A stretch of 64,000 nucleotides of DNA from an uncultured Chloroflexia bacterium (GTDB lineage Bacteria; Chloroflexota; Limnocylindria; QHBO01), in the NCBI GenBank assembly GCA_963840145.1, contig CAWIXR010000002.1, positions 256,280 through 320,279 of the forward strand, read 5' to 3'. Position numbers and translations under genes: made by a program. The notes below the pieces were generated by a model. It was given only the letters and a program-made list of their open reading frames with translations, was not told the DNA's origin and searched no databases. Numbering within the stretch: position 1 is the stretch's first letter; the number at the start of each line of letters is the position of its first letter. This document shows positions 57,377 through 64,000 of the stretch, piece by piece.

Positions 57377-58395
57377 CGCCAGCCGAGCTCCGGCGCGACG
57401 TAGCGCAGGATGCTCTCGATGGCGTGTGCGTTGTAATCCACGCCGAGCTGGTTGGGGACGGTCAACAGCAGCGTATCGGCGGCGGCGATGGCGGTGTCCT
57501 GCGCTAGCTCGCGGACGAGCGCCTCCGGCTCGGCGGCGTAGGATCGGCCGAAGATTGCGCGCGTCTGCTCGTCGATGTAGCCGATCTGGTCGTGCTCCTG
57601 GTGGCCGCGGCCGAAGTAGGTGCGGTCGCGGTCGTCGACGATGGCGAAGATGCTGCGGCTGACCGAGACGCGCGGCTCGCGGGCGTGGCCGGCGGCGTGC
57701 CAGGCCTCGCGGTACGCATCGATCTGCCTGCGCTGCTGGACGTGCAGGGGCTCCCCGCTCTCGTCGAACACGAGCGTCGAGCTCATCAGGTTCATCCCCT
57801 GCTCGGCGGTGGACACCGCGGTGGCGGTGGCGGCGGCGCCCCACCAGATGCGCTCGCGCAGGCCGGGCGAGTACGGCTCGAGCCGGAGCAGCCCGGGCGG
57901 GTTCGGGAACATCGGCCTGGGGTTCGGCTCGGCGAAGCCGCGCCCCTCCAGGAGATCGAGGAATACCGCGGTGTGGCGGCGGGCCATGCCACCGTCGTCC
58001 TCGCCCTCGGCGGGGACGTAGCCGAAGTGCCGATAGCCCTCGATCACCTGCTCCGGCGAGCCGCGGCTGATGCCGAGCTGGAGCCGGCCGCCGGAGATGA
58101 GGTCGGCCGCTCCCGCGTCCTCGGCCATGTAGAACGGGTTCTCGTAGCGCATGTCGATCACGCCGGTCCCGATCTCGATGCGGCTCGTCCGCGCGCCGAC
58201 CGCGGCCAGCAGGGGGAACGGCGAGGCGAGCTGCCGGGCGAAGTGGTGGACGCGGAAGTAGGCGCCATCGGCCCCGAGCTCCTCGGCAGCGACCGCCAGC
58301 TCGATCGACTGGAGCAGCGCGTCGGACCCGGAGCGCACCTGCGAGTAGGGCGAGTCGGACCAATGACCGAACGAGAGAAAGCCGATGCGTTTCAC
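57373..58395 (-). CDS. LLM-class (luciferase-like) flavin-dependent oxidoreductase
   Basis: 340-aa TIM-barrel LLM family with GADGAYFRVHHF and MYENPFYMAEDAG. GTG start. Confidence 0.8.
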   Translation of the reverse strand: MKRIGFLSFGHWSDSPYSQVRSGSDALLQSIELAVAAEELGADGAYFRVHHFARQLASPFPLLAAVGARTSRIEIGTGVIDMRYENPFYMAEDAGAADLISGGRLQLGISRGSPEQVIEGYRHFGYVPAEGEDDGGMARRHTAVFLDLLEGRGFAEPNPRPMFPNPPGLLRLEPYSPGLRERIWWGAAATATAVSTAEQGMNLMSSTLVFDESGEPLHVQQRRQIDAYREAWHAAGHAREPRVSVSRSIFAIVDDRDRTYFGRGHQEHDQIGYIDEQTRAIFGRSYAAEPEALVRELAQDTAIAAADTLLLTVPNQLGVDYNAHAIESILRYVAPELGWR

Positions 58396-58452
58396 GCGAG
58401 AAATCTACTCGCAGGACTCGGGGTTCGCGCAGACCGGTGGCTCCGCGGGCGG

Positions 58453-59670
58453 CTAGGCCGCAGTGGGGAGCCGCTTCTCCAGGGTGACCTGGAGGTCCTG
58501 CGTGACGCCGGTCGCGAAGCCTGCTTCGCTGATGGCGAGGTAGTACTCCCAGGTCCGGATGAACCGCTCGTCGAATCCCATCGCGAGCGCCTCACTGCGC
58601 CGCGCGAGGAAGGTGCTGCGCCAGGTGCGCAACGTCCGGACGTAGTGCTCGGCGATGTCCCGGACGCCCGTCACCACCAGGCCGCTGCCGTGGAGCGAGC
58701 GTTCGATGGCCGCAAGTGACGGCAGCAAGCCACCGGGAAAGATGTACGTTTGGATCCAGTTGGCTCCGGTCACCTGGCGCCGATAGCCGACATCGGGAAC
58801 GGTGATGGTCTGCAGGCTCAAGCGGCCGCCGGGCGCCAAGGCCGCGCTACAGGCGCGGAAGAATGTCTCGAAGTACTGTGCGCCGACCGCCTCGAACATC
58901 TCGATCGAGACGACGGCGTCATACGTCCCTTCAATGTCTCGGTAGTCGCGAAGCTGGATGTCCACGAGGCGCTCAAGCCCGGCGGCTCGCACGCGCTCAC
59001 GAGCGAGATCGTGCTGCTCGCGCGAGATCGTGATCGAGGTCACCCGGCACCCGAGCTCGCCGGCGGCGTACATCGCGAAGCCGCCCCAACCGGACCCGAT
59101 CTCAAGCACGTGCATCCCCTCTCGCAGGGCGGCACCCTCAGCCACCAGCCGGTACTTGTTGCGCTGCGCCTCGGCAAGGGACTGGTCCGGTGCGGCGAAG
59201 ACGGCGCTCGAGTAGGTCATCGTCTCGTCCAGCCAGAGCCGATAGAAGTCGTTCCCCAGATCGTAGTGGGCGGCGATGTTGCGCCGCGCTCCGTCGCGCG
59301 TGTTGCGGCGCAGCCGATGGGCGACGGTCCGGCGCAGCTGCACGGGCGCCCGCAACGGGCCCGTCGAAAGCGAGAGCGCCTCGCGGTTTCGGGCGCCGAC
59401 GCGGATGGCTGCTGCCAGGTCCGGGCTCGACCACAACCCGTCGACATACGCCTCGCCGAGGCCGGTCTCACCGCCGATCAGCAGACGAAGGAACGCCTCG
59501 GAGTCGTGAACGACGATCCGGCCGCGCTCGGTCGCGTCGAGGTCACCGAACGTCCGGTGCGCTCCGTCGGGCAGGGTCACGTCCAGCCGTCCGCCGCGGA
59601 TGCGCGACGCTGACGCGAGGACGACGCGCTCGGCGACGCGCGTCAGGATCGGTGTGGCGACGGCACGCAT
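58453..59670 (-). CDS. cyclopropane-fatty-acyl-phospholipid synthase family SAM-dependent methyltransferase
   Basis: Trimmed to Met25. CFA synthase motifs: HYDLGNDFY, VLEIGSGWGG, YDAVVSIEMFEAVG, and FPGGLLPS near the C-terminus. Confidence 0.85.
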   Translation of the reverse strand: MRAVATPILTRVAERVVLASASRIRGGRLDVTLPDGAHRTFGDLDATERGRIVVHDSEAFLRLLIGGETGLGEAYVDGLWSSPDLAAAIRVGARNREALSLSTGPLRAPVQLRRTVAHRLRRNTRDGARRNIAAHYDLGNDFYRLWLDETMTYSSAVFAAPDQSLAEAQRNKYRLVAEGAALREGMHVLEIGSGWGGFAMYAAGELGCRVTSITISREQHDLARERVRAAGLERLVDIQLRDYRDIEGTYDAVVSIEMFEAVGAQYFETFFRACSAALAPGGRLSLQTITVPDVGYRRQVTGANWIQTYIFPGGLLPSLAAIERSLHGSGLVVTGVRDIAEHYVRTLRTWRSTFLARRSEALAMGFDERFIRTWEYYLAISEAGFATGVTQDLQVTLEKRLPTAA

Positions 59671-59693
59671 GCGACCGAGCGGCAGGACCGAAG

Positions 59694-60434
59694 TCACGAG
59701 ACCGCACTCCGGTGGCGATGGAAGGCAGCACCGTGCCGCCACAGCCGCAGGGCGTGTACGTGGATCATCGCAGTCGTCTTGTGCGTCACCAGCGGGTACC
59801 GCAGCAGCATGCTCGCCACCATGCGCGAACTCAAGCGTCGACGCGCGAGATCCAGGCTGGCATGGAGCTGAAGCGCGCCGTTCTTCGACTCGTTGATCGT
59901 GATGCGCAGGCGGTCGACCTCGTCGCGAACGCGCACTGTGTACGAGCCCACCGGGTCGATGAACGGCGACACGTAGAAGGCCTTGTCCATGGACGCCACG
60001 AATGTTGTGCCATCTCTCTGGGGCCGCAGCGTGTAGAGATGGCGCTCGCCGTGGGTGTTGTGGACCTCGACGATCACAATCCGCAGTGCTCCGCCGGGGT
60101 CTCGGCAGAGATAGAAGGACGCCGGGTTGAAGACGTAGCCGAACACCCGCAGGTTGGTGACGAGTGTGATTCGCCAGCCATCGGGCTCCGCTCCCTCGGC
60201 CCGAAGGTGCGCCAGGACCGACGCGCGCAGGTCGACCGCGGGCGGGACGAAATGGTCCGCGTCGCGAAAGGCCAGCGCGTTCGCGCGATTGCGCCCAATG
60301 AGCCGCACGCGGCGTGGGACCTCGCCGAGCTCGTCGAGGTCGAGCGCCACGTAGAAGACGCCGTGCTCAAGCTCGTACTTGACGGGCCCCGCACGCCGAT
60401 GGCGGACGATCCCCTCGAGGAGATGCGATCTCAT
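59694..60434 (-). CDS. DUF1365 family protein
   Basis: Real 246-aa C-terminal part of ORF 59694..61100 ([14 protein letters not shown]...). Start overlaps the upstream stop (ATGA). Confidence 0.8.
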   Translation of the reverse strand: MRSHLLEGIVRHRRAGPVKYELEHGVFYVALDLDELGEVPRRVRLIGRNRANALAFRDADHFVPPAVDLRASVLAHLRAEGAEPDGWRITLVTNLRVFGYVFNPASFYLCRDPGGALRIVIVEVHNTHGERHLYTLRPQRDGTTFVASMDKAFYVSPFIDPVGSYTVRVRDEVDRLRITINESKNGALQLHASLDLARRRLSSRMVASMLLRYPLVTHKTTAMIHVHALRLWRHGAAFHRHRSAVS

Positions 60435-61711
60435 GCCGCCAGCTCCACTTCCGCCGCGCGCACCCGCTCCGCCGCCTCGAAGCCCGAGCGACAGCCGTCC
60501 TCGTGGAATCCGTAGCCGAGATGCGCCCCGGCGTAGTACGTCGCCCGCCAGCCCTGGAGCTCTCGAAGCCTGGCCTGGGCGTCGAGCGTTCGGAACGTGT
60601 AGAGCGGGTGCCGCATCGTTCGCTCGGCGATGATCCGGTTCGGGTCGAGCCGCCCACGGTCGGGGTTGACCGACGTGCAGTACTCGGTTGTCCCCCGCAG
60701 GCCCTGCAATCGGTTCATGTGGTAGGTCATCGCGAGGACCTCGCCCGGCCGCCGGCAGTCTACCTGGTCCACGTTCCAGGAGGCGCGCGCCGCCAACCGC
60801 CTCGGCAGGAGCGTGGCGTCGGTATGGAGCACCACGTCGTTGGTCGTGTAGTCGAAGCCGCCCAGCGCCGTGCGCTCCCGCCCATCCGCGTCGTGGAGCA
60901 GGCTCAGGGCATCGTCGGCGTGCGTTGCGAGCACGACGGCGTCGAACCGCTCTTCCCAGCCCGCGGCGGTGCGCACGATGGCACCGTGTTGGCCGCGCCG
61001 GACGTCCACGACCCTGTCGCCGGATCGAACGGCGTCGGCAGGCAGCCGCTCGAGGATACGCTCGACGTAACGCATCGATCCCCCCGTGACCGTCCGCCAA
61101 CGGAAGGCGTTGCCGTAGCCGATGAGACCGTGGTGGTCCAGGAAGCGCAGGAGATAGTCGACGGGGAAGTCACCGATCTGCCTCGCCGCCGTCGACCACA
61201 CGGCCGACGTCAGCGGGAGGATGAAGTGGCTGCGGAACGCGACGCCGTACCCGCGCTCGCCGAGGAACTCCGACAGCGTCGTGCGTTCAATCGATGGAGG
61301 TGCGTCGAGACGCGCGCGGGCGTCGCGGTAGAAGCGAAGGATGTCGTTGAGCATGCCCCAGTGCGCGGGACGCACGATCGAGGTCGGGGGCGCGAAGAAT
61401 CCGCGCACCCCGCGCGTGCTCCACTCGAGGTCGCAGGCTCGGCAGGTGCCGCCGAGCGACATGTCACTGGGCTGTGACCCGACCCCCAGGTCGGCCAGCA
61501 GGCCCACAAACTGCGGGTAGGTTCGTTCGTTGAAGACGATGAAGCCGACGTCGACCGCGAGCGCTCCGTCCGCTGTCTCGACCTCGACCGTGTCGACGTG
61601 ACCCCCCGGCACACGCTCACCCTCGAACAATCGAATGTGGTGCCCATCTCGATGGAGCGCGTGGGCGGCGGTCAGCCCGCTGATCCCGGAGCCGACGATG
61701 GCGACTTTCAT
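60431..61711 (-). CDS. FAD/NAD(P)-dependent oxidoreductase, amine-oxidase/phytoene-desaturase-like
   Basis: N-terminal dinucleotide fold [15 protein letters not shown]...[11 protein letters not shown]. 426 aa. Confidence 0.85.
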   Translation of the reverse strand: MKVAIVGSGISGLTAAHALHRDGHHIRLFEGERVPGGHVDTVEVETADGALAVDVGFIVFNERTYPQFVGLLADLGVGSQPSDMSLGGTCRACDLEWSTRGVRGFFAPPTSIVRPAHWGMLNDILRFYRDARARLDAPPSIERTTLSEFLGERGYGVAFRSHFILPLTSAVWSTAARQIGDFPVDYLLRFLDHHGLIGYGNAFRWRTVTGGSMRYVERILERLPADAVRSGDRVVDVRRGQHGAIVRTAAGWEERFDAVVLATHADDALSLLHDADGRERTALGGFDYTTNDVVLHTDATLLPRRLAARASWNVDQVDCRRPGEVLAMTYHMNRLQGLRGTTEYCTSVNPDRGRLDPNRIIAERTMRHPLYTFRTLDAQARLRELQGWRATYYAGAHLGYGFHEDGCRSGFEAAERVRAAEVELAA

Positions 61712-62181
61712 GCCGCATCTCCACGGGGCGCCTGGGCGTGAGCCGCGGCCCGGGCGGCGAGCGTTCGGCGAATGCCGTCAGACGCGTCCGCGGCGATGCG
61801 CCGGAACGTGCCCCCCAAAAAAGGTTCGGCCAGCCGGCGCAGGCCGTTCAGGCGAATGTCGGCGGTGTACTCGACGATCGTTCCGGCGTCGTCACGCTCG
61901 AAGCTGATCTCGTCGGTGGCCGACACACCCGAGCCGGAGCCCTCGAGCACCACCCGGCGCGGCGGCTCGAACGCCACGATCCGGTACTCCATCGGCACGA
62001 CCGCATCGCCGCGACGAATGCCGAGCCGATAGCGCACGCCGACCCCTGCTTCGTCCGAACCGATGCGTTCGGCGGTGGCAACGCCGGGGTCCCATTCGGC
62101 GGAGTTGACGAAATCGGCAAGGTAGTCGAAGGCGTCCTCGATCGGGAGTGTGGTCGTGATGCGTTCGTTCAGACGAGTCAT
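61708..62181 (-). CDS. SRPBCC family protein
   Basis: Trimmed to [24 protein letters not shown]. Polyketide_cyc2-like. Stop overlaps the downstream start. Confidence 0.65.
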   Translation of the reverse strand: MTRLNERITTTLPIEDAFDYLADFVNSAEWDPGVATAERIGSDEAGVGVRYRLGIRRGDAVVPMEYRIVAFEPPRRVVLEGSGSGVSATDEISFERDDAGTIVEYTADIRLNGLRRLAEPFLGGTFRRIAADASDGIRRTLAARAAAHAQAPRGDAA

Positions 62182-62249
62182 GTCAGTCTCAATACGGTTT
62201 GGGTCCAAATGTGCATGTGCACGTGCGGCGACGGGAGAGGGAGGTCGAG

Positions 62250-63236
62250 ATGGCGATGGGCTGGCGCGATGTGCTCGACGACGCGCTCGAGGTCACGGTG
62301 GTCGGCAGCTTCACGGGCCTCGGCATCGCCGCTCGGCGCCGCCTCCACGGTTGGAAGGATCCGGCCCCTGGAGCGCTGTCGAACAGGACGGTGGTCCTCA
62401 CGGGACCGACCTCCGGACTCGGCAGGCAGGCGGCCGACGACCTCGCCGCGCTCGGGGCGCGCGTCGTACTCGTCGGCCGTAGCCCGCAACGGCTGGCCGT
62501 GGTGCGGGACACGCTCCTCGAGCGCCATGGCGAAGACCGGTTTCCGACCGTCGTCGCGGACCTGGGGTCGTTGGCATCGGTGCGCGACGCGGTCGCGACA
62601 ATCACGGCATCCGAGTCGCGCATCGACGTCCTGGTCGACAACGCCGGTGCCATCTTTCCCGAATGGACCATCGGCCCCGACGGGATCGAGGCCACGCTCG
62701 CGCTCATGGTTGTCGGGCCGTTCGCTCTCGAGGCCGGGCTGCTCCCCCTGCTGCGCGCGACGCCGGCCGCGCGGGTCATCGCCATGAGCTCGGGTGGGAT
62801 GTATACGCAGAGCCTGCGGCTCGACGACCTTCAGTGGACGAAGGAACCCTTCTCCGGCCCGCGCGCCTACGCGAGGGCCAAGCGGGCGCAGGTGATGCTG
62901 ATGCGCGAGTGGGCGCGCAGGACGCGCGGTGAGGGCATTGCCTTCAACGCCATGCACCCCGGCTGGGCGGACACGCCGGGGCTCTCGGCGTCGCTTCCCG
63001 GCTTTCGGGAGCTCATGCGGCCGATCCTGCGCACGCCCGCCGAGGGCGTCGATACGCTCGCGTGGCTTGCCGCCGCTCCGGATGGAGGGCGTCGATCGGG
63101 CGCGTTCTTCCTCGACCGCCGAGCGCGACCATTCGACCGCGTGCCGTCCACACGCACCAGCCGGGGCGAGCGTCGCCGCCTGTGGCAGGCGGTTGTCGGG
63201 CTGGCGGAGATCGACGATCCGGCCCCGGAAGGCTGA
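62250..63236 (+). CDS. SDR family oxidoreductase
   Basis: ATG 62250 with GGGAGGGAGG upstream. Rossmann motif LTGPTSGLGRQ, the NAG motif, and YARAK (YxxxK). Confidence 0.8.
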   Translation: MAMGWRDVLDDALEVTVVGSFTGLGIAARRRLHGWKDPAPGALSNRTVVLTGPTSGLGRQAADDLAALGARVVLVGRSPQRLAVVRDTLLERHGEDRFPTVVADLGSLASVRDAVATITASESRIDVLVDNAGAIFPEWTIGPDGIEATLALMVVGPFALEAGLLPLLRATPAARVIAMSSGGMYTQSLRLDDLQWTKEPFSGPRAYARAKRAQVMLMREWARRTRGEGIAFNAMHPGWADTPGLSASLPGFRELMRPILRTPAEGVDTLAWLAAAPDGGRRSGAFFLDRRARPFDRVPSTRTSRGERRRLWQAVVGLAEIDDPAPEG

Positions 63237-63263
63237 CTCTTGCAGAATGATGGTTCGACCCAT

Positions 63264-63292
63264 GGTGTCCAGTGTTTGTGCAATGTGGACAC
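63264..63292. terminator. hairpin GGTGTCCA-N14-TGGACACC followed by AUUCUAG; candidate bidirectional terminator between convergent genes
   Basis: Perfect 8-bp stem inside a longer imperfect palindrome, in a locally AT-richer spacer between the SDR (+) and the HDAC-family gene (-). Confidence 0.4.
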
Positions 63293-63340
63293 CATTCTAG
63301 CATCACTTGTCCATGGCTTGTCTAGTGTGGTGGCACGCGC

Positions 63341-64000
63341 TCAGCGGCCGATCATGTCCCCGACGAAGGCGACCGCGTTGTCGCCGAGGGAGTCGATCGC
63401 GTAGCCGCCCTCCTGGATGACCACGACGGGCATGCCCAGCGACGCAATCGCAGAGCCGATGCGCGAGTAGTCATCGGTCCGCAGCGCGAAGTTGCAGATC
63501 GGGTCCGCGTGGTACGTGTCGAACCCCAGGGACAGGACGAGCGGCGCGTCGGGTTCGAATGCGCGGATCCCGTCCAGCGCCTCGTCCAGGGTGGCGAGAT
63601 AGGCATCGCCATCGGTCCCCGGCGGCAGCGGCAGGTTCAGCGTCGTGCCCTCGCCGGCGCCGGCGCCGCTCTCGACGGCGTACCCGCTGTAGTACGGGTA
63701 GATGCCGGCCGGGTCGCCGTGCAGGCTGACGTACAGCACGTCGCCGCGCTCCCAGAAGATCTGCTGGGTGCCGTTGCCGTGGTGGAAGTCGACGTCGAGG
63801 ATGGCCACGCGCTGCGCGCCGCGCGCGAGCACCGACTCCGCGACGATCGCCGCGTTGTTGAAGAAGCAGTAGCCGCCGATCAGGCCGCGGCCGGCATGGT
63901 GCCCCGGCGGCCGGCACAGCCCGTAGGCGAGCGGCTCGCCCGCCAGGACGAGGTCCAGGGCGGTCAGCGCGATGTCGACCGCGGCGTGCGCCGCCGCCGC
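63341..64000 (-). CDS. histone deacetylase/acetoin-utilization (HDAC/AcuC) family amidohydrolase, partial (N-terminus beyond window end)
   Basis: The frame is open through 64000. HDAC motifs are visible: GYCFFNNAA, ILDVDFHHGNGTQ, SLHGD, and GGGY near the C-terminus. Confidence 0.8.
   Translation of the reverse strand, partial: AAAAHAAVDIALTALDLVLAGEPLAYGLCRPPGHHAGRGLIGGYCFFNNAAIVAESVLARGAQRVAILDVDFHHGNGTQQIFWERGDVLYVSLHGDPAGIYPYYSGYAVESGAGAGEGTTLNLPLPPGTDGDAYLATLDEALDGIRAFEPDAPLVLSLGFDTYHADPICNFALRTDDYSRIGSAIASLGMPVVVIQEGGYAIDSLGDNAVAFVGDMIGR

Noticed and set aside
54668-57403. 911-aa (+) and 734-aa (-) ORFs spanning the dehydratase, S41 peptidase and methyltransferase region
   Set aside because: Shadow ORFs with extreme R/G/D/H composition that overlap three homolog-supported genes.

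Overview
This is a high-GC (about 70%) bacterial chromosome segment with an Actinobacteria/Chloroflexi-like gene set: HisKA_3 histidine kinase with a NarL/LuxR response regulator, an archaeal-type ProRS, ThyX and ECF transporters. It is almost entirely densely packed protein-coding genes for core and accessory metabolism, many translationally coupled through ATGA/GTGA start/stop overlaps. Recognisable units are:
- tdh-kbl threonine catabolism operon (minus strand)
- two-component system operon: HK-RR-lipoprotein-methyltransferase-ALDH-pyrD
- gabT plus an SDR
- two tandem secreted polysaccharide deacetylases
- three aldehyde dehydrogenase paralogs
- fumC
- leucine/isovalerate catabolism cluster: methylcrotonyl-CoA carboxylase beta and alpha, enoyl-CoA hydratase, HMG-CoA lyase
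- IU-nucleoside hydrolase plus a 4-gene ECF transporter
- deoD and hppD
- proS
- a CFA-synthase / DUF1365 / FAD-oxidoreductase lipid-modification locus
- the partial 3' end of an HDAC-family gene at the window edge
I could not find any rRNA, tRNA, CRISPR array, transposase or integrase. The most unusual signals are non-coding or architectural:
- a ~110-nt intergenic element at 3883-3990 (upstream of the TCS) and 32611-32717 (upstream of thyX), built around the palindrome ATCGGCCA-N4/5-TGGCCGAT, which occurs at 3934-3954 and 32572-32592
- a cluster of DnaA-box-like 9-mers upstream of thyX
- a proline-rich 36-codon uORF overlapping a strong hairpin just upstream of proS
- an excisionase-type HTH fused to the N-terminus of the MCC alpha (biotin carboxylase) subunit
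- a degenerate GGDEF (GSDGF) membrane protein
- a lower-GC gap with almost no coding at 28.7-29.7 kb
The many long alternate-frame ORFs in the supplied track are GC-driven shadow ORFs and were not called.
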